Both the position numbers and the translations under genes were made by a program. Below the pieces are notes generated by a model that saw only the letters and a list, made by a program, of their open reading frames with translations, ran no database searches and had not been told where the DNA came from. Shown here piece by piece: positions 43,949 through 53,808 of a stretch of DNA of 64,000 nt. The DNA is from a virus. Every line of letters starts with the position of its first letter. The stretch's first letter is position 1. The stretch covers positions 7,522 through 71,521 of IMG/VR virus record IMGVR_UViG_3300031857_000111. One strand, 5' to 3'.

Positions 43949-44894
43949 TCCAATTACCACGAGTCGCGGCGCGAGAATACTCGGTAGCGCGCGTCTCAAA
44001 AAACGATTCGTGTGCGACGTTATTAAGCAACTCATCCAACCACGGAAGGGGGTTCTTCTTTACGCCATAGATAGGCGCGAACCCAAGTTGAAGCAAGCGA
44101 CGATCCGCGATGTAGCGAACGTATGCTTTAATTTCTTCTGCCGTGAGGCCCTGCACTGGACCCATTTCAAACGCAAGGTCGATAAACGCATCCTCGTGTT
44201 CAACGGTAGTGCGGCAAATCTCGATGATCTCTTGACGAAGCGAATCATCAAGAAGGCCGGGGTTTTCCTCACAAAGCGTGTGGAACAGTCGGATCATAGA
44301 CAAGCAATGGAGCGTTTCATCGCGGACAGACCAAGCGATAATCTGCCCGACCCCCTTCATCTTTCCGAACCGCTGAAAGCTAATCAAGATCGAAAAGCTA
44401 CTAAAGAGCGCCAACCCCTCGGTAAAAGCGCCAAACGCGGCGAGCGTTTTAGCAATTTCGCGAGTATCGTTGGCGTTGAATGATTTGAAGAAATCCGCTT
44501 TTGCACGCATTTCAGCGTATTGAAGGAAGGCCGTGTATTCAGTTTCCGGCATCCCCAAAGTGTCGATTAGGTGGCTATAACTATGAACGTGGTTGGCTTC
44601 GCTTGCCGTAAACGCGGCCAGCATCATGCAAATCTCGACGGGGCGGAATACCGGCATGTAGTGGAGCATGTAGTTAGACGCCACTTCAATGTCACCTTGC
44701 GTAAAGAACCGCAAAATCTGAGTGAGAAGGTTCTTTTCGGCAGGCGTGAGGTTCTTCTGCCAATCCTTCACGTCATCAGCCATCGGCACTTCTTCAGGCA
44801 ACCAATGGATGCGCTGCTGTTGCTGATAAGCCTCAAAAGCCCATTCGTAACGAAAAGGCTTGTACCCCACAGAGGGTGTCATCAAATTGCTCAT
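43935..44894 (-). CDS. nrdB: Ribonucleotide reductase class Ia beta subunit
   Basis: HWLPEEVPM..D, FFTQGD, EANHVHSY, EGLALFSSF, RDETLH, FFE.RATEY. Confidence 0.95.
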   Translation of the reverse strand: MSNLMTPSVGYKPFRYEWAFEAYQQQQRIHWLPEEVPMADDVKDWQKNLTPAEKNLLTQILRFFTQGDIEVASNYMLHYMPVFRPVEICMMLAAFTASEANHVHSYSHLIDTLGMPETEYTAFLQYAEMRAKADFFKSFNANDTREIAKTLAAFGAFTEGLALFSSFSILISFQRFGKMKGVGQIIAWSVRDETLHCLSMIRLFHTLCEENPGLLDDSLRQEIIEICRTTVEHEDAFIDLAFEMGPVQGLTAEEIKAYVRYIADRRLLQLGFAPIYGVKKNPLPWLDELLNNVAHESFFETRATEYSRAATRGNWNDAF

Positions 44895-44897
44895 AGG

Positions 44898-45002
44898 TTA
44901 ATCCTTCCACCCATCGAGGTTTGCGAAGGCCATGCCAATCGCGATAAGGACGGCGATAGCACCGCCCCAAGAGACGAGGGTAAAGAGAGTATCAACGGAC
45001 AT
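44898..45002 (-). CDS. Small membrane peptide (34 aa)
   Basis: Hand translation MSVDTLFTLVSWGGAIAVLIAIGMAFANLDGWKD; TAATG coupling. Confidence 0.5.
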   Translation of the reverse strand: MSVDTLFTLVSWGGAIAVLIAIGMAFANLDGWKD

Positions 45003-45313
45003 TACCAAACGCCTTTCATCTGTTCGATGCCGCGCGCATATCCTGTTTCGCGCCCAGAGTTAAATCCTTCTGACTGCCCAAGACGGCGACCTTCGTTAAA
45101 GCCGCGCTGAAATCCTGCAACGTCGCCTTCTTCATACTTTAGGTCAGCAAGCCGAGTAATGAATCGCGCCAAAAGTCGTGCCTTGAGCGGATGCGCGTCG
45201 GGGTAAAAATTACTAACTAGGTTAGTTACTTGCTGCTGTTCGTCCGCAGTAAGGTGAGAAAATTCGTCAGTCATCGTGGCGTTCATAGTTGATCTCCCTT
45301 TCCTTGTCTGCAC
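45002..45313 (-). CDS. Hypothetical protein (GxxxG repeats)
   Basis: In-operon ORF. Confidence 0.55.
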   Translation of the reverse strand: MQTRKGRSTMNATMTDEFSHLTADEQQQVTNLVSNFYPDAHPLKARLLARFITRLADLKYEEGDVAGFQRGFNEGRRLGQSEGFNSGRETGYARGIEQMKGVW

Positions 45314-45566
45314 GACCTGCTTGATAGCCTTCTTCGTAAACCGTATCCCACTTCAGTTGGCCCAATTCGCCTTCAAAGCCCTCCATGTAAGCATCTTCGC
45401 ATTCACGGGCCAAAAGATTGCCAATCTCAACCGCGAGGCTGGCGCGCTCGTCCATATTGAGTTTGTAAGTCTCCCGAATAATTAGCATCTCAATTTCAGC
45501 CAAGTCAGGTTTGTAATTGTAGCGACCCATAAACGTTCTCCTTTCCATTACTGACAAGCAAGGCAT
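45267..45566 (-). CDS. Hypothetical protein
   Basis: In-operon ORF between nrdA and nrdB. Confidence 0.5.
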   Translation of the reverse strand: MPCLSVMERRTFMGRYNYKPDLAEIEMLIIRETYKLNMDERASLAVEIGNLLARECEDAYMEGFEGELGQLKWDTVYEEGYQAGRADKEREINYERHDD

Positions 45567-47377
45567 TCGTCATACTTCTTCTCGCCTGCCCCGTCAACAG
45601 GCTTCTGCGCGATCTTCTCGCTAACAGTCTCGGCACGCTGCACGGACAGGCTACGGCAGTAGTAGAGGCCCTTTACACCCTTCTTCCATGCCATCATGTG
45701 AACCGCGTTAATGTCCTTCTTATGGGCATCTGCCGCGAAGAACAAATTGAGGCTTTGGCCCTGGTCGATAAAGGGCGTGCGGTCGGCAGCGTGCTCAATC
45801 AACCAACGCTGATCCAACTCAATCGCGGTCTTGAACACGTCACGCTCTTGGTCAGTCAGGAAGTCAAGGTGCTGCACGCTACCTTTGCGCGCCCCAATGT
45901 CCACCCACGTCTCTTGGTCGTCCCGGCCATACTTGGCAAGCACGGCCTTAAGGTGAGGGTTGCGCACAACATGGCTGCCTGAGAGGGTCTTCTGGACGTA
46001 GCTGTTAGCCGCAGAAGGCTCAATGCCGGGGCTCGCACCACCGCAGATAATGGAGATAGACGCGGTAGGGGCTACAGCCGTCTTGTTGGCGAACCGCTCC
46101 ATAATGCCAGCGTCAGCCGCGTCGGGGCACGGCCCCTTCTCGTGAGCAAGGGCAACGCTTGCCTCGTCTACCTTGGCCTTGATGTGCTTGAACATCTTGA
46201 GGTTCCACGACTTCGCAATGGCGCTCTCAAAAGGCACACCCATCTTCTGAAGGAAGCTATGGAAGCCCATGACGCCAAGACCCACGCTGCGCTCACGCAT
46301 GGCGCTGTAGCGGGCGCGCGACATGCTGTCGGGGGCGCGGTCGATAAAGTCCTGCATCACGTTATCAAGGAAGCGCATAACGTCTTCAATGAACGTGGGG
46401 TGCAGCGACCAATCAAGGAAATAGTCGAGGTTAAGGGACGAGAGGCAGCACACGTTAGTCCGGTGATTGCCAAATTGATCCGTTCCTGTAACGAGAGTCA
46501 CTTCGCAGCACAAGTTACTGGTTTTGACTTCAAGATTGTTCTTCTTATACGTCTCGGGCGCAAGATTGTTAACCGTGTCAATGAACAGAATATACGGCTC
46601 GCCAGTCTCAATACGCGCGGTAAGCAACTTGATCCAAAGGTCACGCGCGCTCACGCTCTTCTGCACAGACCCATCGCGCGGGCTGACAAGGTTCCACCCC
46701 TGATCGTTCTCAACAGCACGCATGAAGGCGTCTGTAACCACAACCCCGTGGTGCAGATTGAGGCTGCGGCGATTGGGGTCGCCACCAGTCGGGCGGCGCA
46801 TGTCGATAAATTCTTCGATTTCAGGGTGGTCAATACGAAGATAAGTCGCCGCGCTACCACGACGAAGATTCCCCTGCGCCACCGCAAGGGTTTGGCTGTC
46901 CATCATCTTAACAAACGGCATGATGCCGCTGGTTTCACCAACAAGGCCCACCTTCTCCCCGATACTGCGGACATTAGACCAGTCGGTGCCGATGCCGCCG
47001 CCACGAGCGGCAAGCCAGAAATTCTCGCGGAAAGTAGCGTCAATCCCCTCAAGTGAATCAGGAACCTCGTTCAAATAACAACTGATGGGCAGCCCGCGCG
47101 TCGTCCCGCCATTCGCCAACACAGGCGTAGCAGGCATGAACCAAAGCAGGCTCATATATGTATAAAGCCGCTGCGCGTGATCGGCGTTGTCGGCATAGGC
47201 GCACGCAACACGCGCGAAAAGGTCTTGGTAGGATTCACCCGGCAACAGGTAGCGGTCCTTTAGGGTTTCCTTGCCAAAATGCGTCAGAAGTTCATCGCGG
47301 CTGCGGTCAATGGTGATAGCAAAACGCAGAGCGGCGCAAGCAGGCGCGGACGCGCCAGCATCGGTGTTGGAAAGCAT
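45548..47377 (-). CDS. nrdA: Ribonucleotide reductase class Ia alpha subunit
   Basis: ATPVLAN, PISCY, GGGIG, SNLCCE, VCCLSS, APTASIS, C-terminal CLACQ. Confidence 0.95.
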   Translation of the reverse strand: MLSNTDAGASAPACAALRFAITIDRSRDELLTHFGKETLKDRYLLPGESYQDLFARVACAYADNADHAQRLYTYMSLLWFMPATPVLANGGTTRGLPISCYLNEVPDSLEGIDATFRENFWLAARGGGIGTDWSNVRSIGEKVGLVGETSGIMPFVKMMDSQTLAVAQGNLRRGSAATYLRIDHPEIEEFIDMRRPTGGDPNRRSLNLHHGVVVTDAFMRAVENDQGWNLVSPRDGSVQKSVSARDLWIKLLTARIETGEPYILFIDTVNNLAPETYKKNNLEVKTSNLCCEVTLVTGTDQFGNHRTNVCCLSSLNLDYFLDWSLHPTFIEDVMRFLDNVMQDFIDRAPDSMSRARYSAMRERSVGLGVMGFHSFLQKMGVPFESAIAKSWNLKMFKHIKAKVDEASVALAHEKGPCPDAADAGIMERFANKTAVAPTASISIICGGASPGIEPSAANSYVQKTLSGSHVVRNPHLKAVLAKYGRDDQETWVDIGARKGSVQHLDFLTDQERDVFKTAIELDQRWLIEHAADRTPFIDQGQSLNLFFAADAHKKDINAVHMMAWKKGVKGLYYCRSLSVQRAETVSEKIAQKPVDGAGEKKYDECLACQ

Positions 47378-47465
47378 TTTTGGTGGTTCCTAGAAAGGGG
47401 TGGAGAAGTTGCGGGTCGGCGGTTATATATTAGAGCGGCATGGTGAGCAAGGGCTTGACAGCGAT

Positions 47466-47783
47466 TTAGTCATAGTCCGTGGGGTCATTGCGTAGCGGAC
47501 CTTTACGCATGTCATAAGCGTGATCTCTTGTAATACGAAAGCATTCGCTTTCGCTCACGATATGGTCGGGGAAAAAACTTTTAGCGTAATATCCCGACTC
47601 GTGCCACCCACAATCCGCACACACGAAGTAAGGCGGCATATTGCCCATATGCTTCATGGGCATGTATGGAGCAACGCAAATGTCTTCGTGCTTGCACGTC
47701 GCTTGGACTTCGGCAACTGCTTGGTCTAGCGCGGCTTGAGCGGCCTTGAGGCGATTAACTGCTTTTTCTATTTTCTTGTGCAT
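47466..47783 (-). CDS. Hypothetical protein (C-H..CxxC)
   Basis: ORF with GGA SD in the gene series. Confidence 0.55.
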   Translation of the reverse strand: MHKKIEKAVNRLKAAQAALDQAVAEVQATCKHEDICVAPYMPMKHMGNMPPYFVCADCGWHESGYYAKSFFPDHIVSESECFRITRDHAYDMRKGPLRNDPTDYD

Positions 47784-47792
47784 GTGTTTTCC

Positions 47793-48122
47793 TTAAATCG
47801 GATCGACGCTCTTACTCACCTTACCAAGCGACGACTGATACCTTTCATACCCTTCAATCGCACCTTGCATAAATCGCACGGTATCTCGTTCAATAGGCGC
47901 ACCCATTTCATGCAGATTGAGACAAGTTTTATACGTCTCAATCGTCAACCGTGCTGCATCCGCAATGCCAGCCGTATATGCGCCCGTAACGGCCTCGCGC
48001 AGATACAGGATTTCCCGATACAGGGCTGCAATATCGTCCTTGGGGATAAGGACAATATGCGGGCCTTGTTCCGCGAGGGCGGCGTATTCTTCAAGTTTGT
48101 CGTTTGAAAGCATGTTAATCAT
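47793..48122 (-). CDS. Hypothetical protein
   Basis: ATGA-coupled ORF. Confidence 0.55.
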   Translation of the reverse strand: MINMLSNDKLEEYAALAEQGPHIVLIPKDDIAALYREILYLREAVTGAYTAGIADAARLTIETYKTCLNLHEMGAPIERDTVRFMQGAIEGYERYQSSLGKVSKSVDPI

Positions 48123-48418
48123 GCCTCATCCTCCTGCCCGTCAATCCCCTGCCGATACTTGGCAATAACGCCTTCAGCGGCTTGGCTGATAGCAATGGCG
48201 GCGCACAGCAAAGCGCGGCGTTGGGGTTCGTCAATCTCCTTAGAGTTGCGAGCGATTTCCTGCAAACACTTAATCGAGTCGATTGCGCCTGCGATGTAGG
48301 CTTCGTGAAAAACTTGGTTCATTTCGGCTGTGACCTCACTGATGATCGTAATTTGGTCAATCGGGCCGAGTTTGTGGATGGGGTGGTTGGTAGGGAAGTC
48401 GCTGAGTGCGCTGTTCAA
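48119..48418 (-). CDS. Hypothetical protein
   Basis: AGGAG SD; coupled to the next gene. Confidence 0.55.
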   Translation of the reverse strand: MNSALSDFPTNHPIHKLGPIDQITIISEVTAEMNQVFHEAYIAGAIDSIKCLQEIARNSKEIDEPQRRALLCAAIAISQAAEGVIAKYRQGIDGQEDEA

Positions 48419-48430
48419 TGTCTGGTTCTC

Positions 48431-49915
48431 CTAAATGCGAATGTGAAGGGTGTCTGCGGCGCGGGATACGGCGACGTAACATGCGGCCTGTCTATCATCA
48501 GCATCACGGATCGTCAATAGATTTGGCCAATCGACGAAGCACGCTTGGTAGGTGGAGCCTTGAGCCTTGTGTGCCGTGGATGCGTGTTCATAGAGAAGCA
48601 CCGCGAATTGCTGCTTCCAACCAAAGTAGTCCTTGGCCCACACGAGGCCCTTAAGCGACGCCCAAGACCCCTTCACGGGCTTGAAGCCGTCTAGGGTAGG
48701 GCGCACCCAATTTGACTTGTAAGAGGCATTAGCGACGATCCAGGCGATCTCATCCTCATTGAAATAGTCAGACAGCCCAGCCTCGCTAATCTCCCCAATG
48801 TCGTCACGCGAAATCGCCTCAAGCCGCTTAGTGAACATGCGGGTGTTCTTGAGCACATCTTCTAGCATTGGCTTCAGGTTATTAACGTATTCGTCGTAGG
48901 TGAGAGCCTTAGCGTCAAACTCCAAAGCCGTCTCGGGGTTACGCAGGCGCAGCATAGTTGAGTGGACGTAACCTTCGGCAAAGGCATTGCCATCTTCGCA
49001 ACGGATGCCGCTATCAAGCACAACCAACTGGTCGTTGTTGTCAGCTACCTTGACGCTTTCCCACTTACCACCGTAGTTCTTGCGAACAAAAAACGGTTGC
49101 TCTGTCAGAATGACCGTTTCGTTCGGCATGAATGGCTTTAGCTTGTCGCCGTAAATGGCTTTGCGCTTCAGATGGTTCAATTCGGCAACGCGCTTGTTGG
49201 TGTAGGCGACAGCGACAGCACCTTCAGTAGCGACAAAGGCTTCCTCAAACTTCTTGCTGTCGTTGTAGATAAAGACGTTCTGGTTATCTACGGCATCAAG
49301 ATCAATGTCGCCGGTAACGCGGACAGACTTCGATACCGCGACAATGCCTTTTGACCCGGAACGCATGACCTCTGCCAGCTTGAAGCGGACAGGCACCTTC
49401 TCCATTGCGTCTTGGATAGAAGCATCCTTGACTGGACGCAACTGTGCAAAATCACCAGAGAAAATGACTTGCGAATTATTACGCTTAACAACCTTTTGGA
49501 TTGCCTTAGCATCGGTGATACCAACCATGCTGACTTCATCAACGATGAGCAAGGTGTCGGGCTCAAGAGCGCCAGAGTCGCTACGCAGCCATTGTGGATT
49601 GCCCTCGTCGTCAGGGTCATCCGTAGTGGACGGGGCCTTGCCGATAAGGGCGGATACTGTGGTCGCGTTGACGCTAATGCCGTAGCGGGCAAGAGCGTTC
49701 ACCAAGACCTTTTTCGCTTTATGTGTCGGAGTAGCAACGACAACCTTGCGGTCTGGATTGGTTTCCTGCAACGCCTTAATGACAGCGGCTACTGTGAAAG
49801 TCTTACCGCTTCCGGCAGGCCCTTCCAAAAGGGCGAACATATGTTCGCGCGTCTGCGCGAACTCGATCAGACCTTCAATCGCTTGAGTTTGAAGGGGGTT
49901 GGGTTGAGGGGTCAA
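48431..49915 (-). CDS. Dda/RecD-like SF1B helicase
   Basis: GPAGSGKT, TPTHKA, IVDEVSMV, GDFAQL.PV, TAHKAQGSTY, YVAVSRA. Confidence 0.9.
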   Translation of the reverse strand: MTPQPNPLQTQAIEGLIEFAQTREHMFALLEGPAGSGKTFTVAAVIKALQETNPDRKVVVATPTHKAKKVLVNALARYGISVNATTVSALIGKAPSTTDDPDDEGNPQWLRSDSGALEPDTLLIVDEVSMVGITDAKAIQKVVKRNNSQVIFSGDFAQLRPVKDASIQDAMEKVPVRFKLAEVMRSGSKGIVAVSKSVRVTGDIDLDAVDNQNVFIYNDSKKFEEAFVATEGAVAVAYTNKRVAELNHLKRKAIYGDKLKPFMPNETVILTEQPFFVRKNYGGKWESVKVADNNDQLVVLDSGIRCEDGNAFAEGYVHSTMLRLRNPETALEFDAKALTYDEYVNNLKPMLEDVLKNTRMFTKRLEAISRDDIGEISEAGLSDYFNEDEIAWIVANASYKSNWVRPTLDGFKPVKGSWASLKGLVWAKDYFGWKQQFAVLLYEHASTAHKAQGSTYQACFVDWPNLLTIRDADDRQAACYVAVSRAADTLHIRI

Positions 49916-49935
49916 TGTGGGGTTCCTTTTCCATA

Positions 49936-50394
49936 TTAAACATCGTGCTTGCCCGCCACGGGGCGGTCAGGCTGATCCTGATAGGCGCCGTCATAGCCCG
50001 CTTCTAGCGGCGCGTCAAGCACATGAAAAATGACTTGGGCGATAGGTTGACCTGCCTTGAGATACAGCGTCTCATACCCACGGTTGGCAAGTTCCAAGGT
50101 TAAGAAGCCCGACCAATTCGGCTCCGCAACGGTGTTGAACACGCTAAGCCCCCGCCGTGCGAGGCTAGATTTATCATGCACAATCGCTACACAATCAATC
50201 GGCATATTGAACTTCTCTACCGTGCTTGCAAGCGAAAACGCGCCGGGGAGGAGCGTAATATCCTGCTTGAGCCGCACGTCATAGCCTGCATAGCTTGAGC
50301 CATAAGTCATGCCCGTAGGCTCATGCACGGTCCGCACAGTCGCGGGGCTAAAGATGCCCCGCGCCAAAATCTGCCTGCCAGTGAGGACAGTCAT
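49936..50394 (-). CDS. dcd: dCTP deaminase / trimeric dUTPase family
   Basis: GYDVRL, DKSSLARRGL, EPNWSGFLTLEL, IAQVIF, Y.G.YQDQ. Confidence 0.88.
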   Translation of the reverse strand: MTVLTGRQILARGIFSPATVRTVHEPTGMTYGSSYAGYDVRLKQDITLLPGAFSLASTVEKFNMPIDCVAIVHDKSSLARRGLSVFNTVAEPNWSGFLTLELANRGYETLYLKAGQPIAQVIFHVLDAPLEAGYDGAYQDQPDRPVAGKHDV

Positions 50395-50636
50395 TAACCA
50401 CCAGCCTCCGTAATCTTAACTGCAACCACATCAAGCGCCCGACTATAAAGTGTGGTAAGCCTGCTAAACTCGCGGTCGTGCTCGCGCAATGAGGCAATTT
50501 CGCTGTTGCTGAAAAGCGCGAACTGCGATTCATCAATCAGCGAAAGCGCGGCCTTGGTCGCCGCATGGAGCGCGGCGGCTGTCGAGTAACCGGCCGTAAG
50601 ATCGTTTTCCAAAAGCCATAAATCTTCCAAAGTCAT
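50394..50636 (-). CDS. Hypothetical protein
   Basis: AGGAG SD; TAATG coupling. Confidence 0.55.
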   Translation of the reverse strand: MTLEDLWLLENDLTAGYSTAAALHAATKAALSLIDESQFALFSNSEIASLREHDREFSRLTTLYSRALDVVAVKITEAGG

Positions 50637-50651
50637 GTGCCTATCTCCTTG

Positions 50652-51644
50652 TTAAACCCGATGCCGCTTCATGTCTGCGGACACCATTTCCTCAATCAGA
50701 TTATCAATGTTTGCTTCTGGCACCCAACCGAGCCGCGCCTTCGCTTTACTTGCATCCCCAAGAAGATGATGCACTTCGGCAGGACGCATCAACTCAACGC
50801 TGTCGTGCTTAACATACTGCCTCCAATCAAGTCCAACACAATCGAACGCCTTGGCTGCGAAATCCATAACAGAAATCGACTTGCCAGTGGCAATCACATA
50901 GTCGCTAGGTTCATCCCTCTGTAGCATCATCCACATCGCACGGACGTAATCGCGTGCGTGGCCCCAATCGCGGGTGGCATGGATATTGCCGAGAGGCAGA
51001 TGCATTGCCTTACCTGTAGCGATCTTTGCTACCCCGTCCGTGATCTTACGGGTAACAAACTCAATACCACGAAGGGGAGATTCGTGGTTAAATAGAATGC
51101 CGCAACTTGCGTGCATGTCAAACGATTCTCGGTAGTTAATCGTCATCTGATGTGCATAAACCTTGGACACGCCGTAGGGGCTGCGCGGGTAGAAAGGCGT
51201 GTTTTCATTTTGGGCGTGCGCGAACACCTTACCAAACATTTCAGAAGACGAGGCTTGATAGAAGCGTGACGAGGGAGAGGCCATGCGCAACGCCTCAAGC
51301 ATGTTGTGGGCACCAATCGCCGTCACATCGGCCGTGAGAAGCGGCTGTGACCAGCTAAGACCGACAAACGACTGTGCGGCTAGGTTATACACTTCGTCGG
51401 GCTGCAATGCCTCTAGCACCCGCACCAAGCCCGTGAGGTCGGTAATGTCACCTTCTACGAGGTTCACGCGGTCGGTGATTTGCAGGTAGTCGAGGCGCCA
51501 AAGCGGAGCGTTGCTAGACGAACGCCGAGTGAGGCCGAAGACCTGATACCCCTTCGTCAGAAGAAATTGGGCGAGGTAAGCACCATCTTGGCCGGTGATG
51601 CCGGTGATAAGGGCGCGCTTATTCAATTTAGCCTCCATACCCAT
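50652..51644 (-). CDS. gmd: GDP-mannose 4,6-dehydratase
   Basis: ALITGITGQDGAYLA, YNLAAQSFV, YQASSSEMFG, PRSPYGVSK, FNHESPLRG.EFVTRKI, RDWGHA.DYV. Confidence 0.95.
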   Translation of the reverse strand: MGMEAKLNKRALITGITGQDGAYLAQFLLTKGYQVFGLTRRSSSNAPLWRLDYLQITDRVNLVEGDITDLTGLVRVLEALQPDEVYNLAAQSFVGLSWSQPLLTADVTAIGAHNMLEALRMASPSSRFYQASSSEMFGKVFAHAQNENTPFYPRSPYGVSKVYAHQMTINYRESFDMHASCGILFNHESPLRGIEFVTRKITDGVAKIATGKAMHLPLGNIHATRDWGHARDYVRAMWMMLQRDEPSDYVIATGKSISVMDFAAKAFDCVGLDWRQYVKHDSVELMRPAEVHHLLGDASKAKARLGWVPEANIDNLIEEMVSADMKRHRV

Positions 51645-51945
51645 AAGACTCGTTTACCTTAAGTCTATAGGCAACGTGGTGTCCATCTGCGATCAGGAAT
51701 ACGATAGACCATTCTTCGGTGCAAGTTTTGGATGCCTCGATTGAGTAGGTTGGTCCGTAAAGCATTCTTACGTCAGGACGGGTTGCCCAATGCTCGGGGA
51801 GAATGGGTATTTTGCGAATGGGAGTGGTTTTCATTGCGGCTGTTCCTTGTTTGATTTGATGGGGGTTTTCCAGTAAAGGGTGGTTTTCTGATTGCTCACT
51901 TTGCGAACCTCCTGGCAGACGGGACGCCGAAAGCGTCGCCCACAT
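51628..51945 (-). CDS. Hypothetical protein (start probably near 51834)
   Basis: In-operon ORF. Confidence 0.4.
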   Translation of the reverse strand: MWATLSASRLPGGSQSEQSENHPLLENPHQIKQGTAAMKTTPIRKIPILPEHWATRPDVRMLYGPTYSIEASKTCTEEWSIVFLIADGHHVAYRLKVNESYGYGG

Positions 51946-52228
51946 CCTCGATGACGCATTGACGGGTCAGCACCTCCGGGATCGCCATCACGGATGCCTG
52001 CACGCCGTTGGACGTGATGCCGGGCTGATGAGAGACGTTCTCAACCTCGATCAGGCTTTCAGTCCATCGCCCGTCTGCACGCTGCCCGCCAAGGCACACC
52101 GCCAACACGCGCCAGCGGTGAACCACATGGGGAAAAATCGGGCATTGCCAGCGCAGCACATCGCCGGGGCTAAGCTGGTGGTGCGGGATGGGCGCGGTCG
52201 TATTCGGACTAGTTGTCACAGTTTCCAC
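51896..52228 (-). CDS. Hypothetical protein
   Basis: GC-rich ORF in the gene series. Confidence 0.5.
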   Translation of the reverse strand: METVTTSPNTTAPIPHHQLSPGDVLRWQCPIFPHVVHRWRVLAVCLGGQRADGRWTESLIEVENVSHQPGITSNGVQASVMAIPEVLTRQCVIEDVGDAFGVPSARRFAK

Positions 52229-52458
52229 CCTCTCAATTCGTGCAGAGCGCGCACCATGCCGGCCACGTCGCCCGCCGCCATAGCGCGAGCCGCCGCGTCG
52301 AGATCAAACCGCATCGAGCCCAGCGCCCATACGCCAGCCGGCCCGATGGCTGCGTATGCGGGCATGATCTCATCACGCACCCGCGCCATCGCGCGGGGCA
52401 GTGCGTCACCCACCGTCTCGGTGGTTTTCTGGACACCGCTATTCTCTGTCACACACAT
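52216..52458 (-). CDS. Hypothetical protein
   Basis: TVGDALPRAMARVRDE..PAY..IGPAG...A.GDV..M; AGGAG SD. Confidence 0.6.
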   Translation of the reverse strand: MCVTENSGVQKTTETVGDALPRAMARVRDEIMPAYAAIGPAGVWALGSMRFDLDAAARAMAAGDVAGMVRALHELRGWKL

Positions 52459-52462
52459 TCTC

Positions 52463-52750
52463 CTATCCTGTCAAATCGTTAAAGCGCCTACGCAAAATCT
52501 CAATGCCGCTACTCAACTGGTGAGCGTGGCCGTCTTCAATTCCGCCCAACAGCGTTCCTACTTCGCCATTAGGCTCAACAATCACCAACGCTATAGCCCT
52601 TACGTCGCGTGTCCGCAAGACATTTTTAGCGTTGGCGATTGCTGCCAAGGTATCGCGCCCAGGCCCGGTGGGCATGAGGCGCAGATTACCTTTGTTGCGC
52701 CGTTTAGGCGACAACGCGCACCACCGGGGCGGTAGGGTCGGAAGGCTCAT
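52463..52750 (-). CDS. Hypothetical protein
   Basis: In-operon ORF. Confidence 0.5.
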   Translation of the reverse strand: MSLPTLPPRWCALSPKRRNKGNLRLMPTGPGRDTLAAIANAKNVLRTRDVRAIALVIVEPNGEVGTLLGGIEDGHAHQLSSGIEILRRRFNDLTG

Positions 52751-53006
52751 CTACCATGAGGGGCACCACGTCCTGCAACCACTCAAGAAGAGCGTTGGCT
52801 TGGCGTGTGTTTAGGTAAAACATGGAGTAATCATCGCCGCTTTCGCGGAAATAGATACGGTTTGGCGTATCGTGTTCGCTGTTGAACATAATGTCGAGGT
52901 CGCCAAAGTCATCCAATGAGACCATCCGCAGCGTGTGCGCGCGAGGCTTAGGGGGCTTGGCAGCGGCCGTAGTCGTGGGGGTAGCAGGCTTCTTCTTAGC
53001 GGTCAT
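52704..53006 (-). CDS. Hypothetical protein
   Basis: AAGGAG SD. Confidence 0.5.
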   Translation of the reverse strand: MTAKKKPATPTTTAAAKPPKPRAHTLRMVSLDDFGDLDIMFNSEHDTPNRIYFRESGDDYSMFYLNTRQANALLEWLQDVVPLMVDEPSDPTAPVVRVVA

Positions 53007-53032
53007 GGGTATTCTCCTTGTTGCAAGAACGG

Positions 53033-53356
53033 TTAAAGGTGCTTCTCGATGAGGTTAGCGATTTGGTTGAAGTCTGCGTCGGAAAAATCATTCCAACTGG
53101 ACAGTGCTCGTCCCTCTACGACAGGATCATAGTCGTCCAAACCAACATCACAAGATACCATATAGGACAAACACCCGTCTTTTGGCCGCGACCCAACGTA
53201 ATCGCTGCCCCACGCATACCCGTTTTCTTTGATGTAAAGGTCGGTCAGCACGCCAAGGCAACAGAAAGCATCGCCGTCCGTAAGCTGATGCTTACCCTGC
53301 TTATACTCCCCTGACCGAAGAGCCTCGACCCACTTACGCTTCCATTCTGCGTCCAT
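53033..53356 (-). CDS. Conserved phage hypothetical protein
   Basis: KWVEALRSGEYKQG..L...FCCLGVL...ND...F.QIA.LIE. Confidence 0.65.
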   Translation of the reverse strand: MDAEWKRKWVEALRSGEYKQGKHQLTDGDAFCCLGVLTDLYIKENGYAWGSDYVGSRPKDGCLSYMVSCDVGLDDYDPVVEGRALSSWNDFSDADFNQIANLIEKHL

Positions 53357-53390
53357 ATCTCATGTCTCCTTCTGTGCGCTGTTTTTCGCC

Positions 53391-53440
53391 TTGACACCAA
53401 GGCGCGGTGGGTTCATACAGGGTCGGCGCGATGGGCGCAA
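53391..53440. promoter_or_regulatory. Candidate overlapping divergent sigma70-like promoters at the early-region strand switch
   Basis: + TTGACA-17-CATACA; - TTGCGC-17-TATGAA; AGGAG SDs on both sides. Confidence 0.5.
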
Positions 53441-53462
53441 GTGGAAAATTAGGAGAAAAGAT

Positions 53463-53807
53463 ATGGGTTGGCAGATTAAGTGCCTCGTGAATGGGTTGGT
53501 TATACCTATCAACACCGCGCAGGAGATCGAAGAACGAGCCAAAAAGGAAAAGTGGCCCGTCGATTATGAACCCGTAAATTGGTATCGGGGGCAGGCATAT
53601 TTGCGCTTTGATTCCGACCGCCAAGAGCACATGGACTTTCTGTGGCAGACTGACATTCAGAAGTTTCTGCTTAAGGGTGGTTGCCGGGGGCAAGTGTGCT
53701 TCGGCTCGCTTGATGGCGACAACAGTGGCGAGTTTTGGGGCTATTCTTTTACGGATGGCGGCGTAAAGAATATGGTTGGGTGCCTTGAGTGGGACGAGGA
53801 AGAATAA
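53463..53807 (+). CDS. Hypothetical protein
   Basis: AGGAG SD; first rightward gene. Confidence 0.6.
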   Translation: MGWQIKCLVNGLVIPINTAQEIEERAKKEKWPVDYEPVNWYRGQAYLRFDSDRQEHMDFLWQTDIQKFLLKGGCRGQVCFGSLDGDNSGEFWGYSFTDGGVKNMVGCLEWDEEE

Positions 53808-53808
53808 G

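Noticed and set aside
43935-47377. Introns or inteins in nrdA, nrdB or polA
   Set aside because: The ORFs are continuous and of normal length, with motifs in order.
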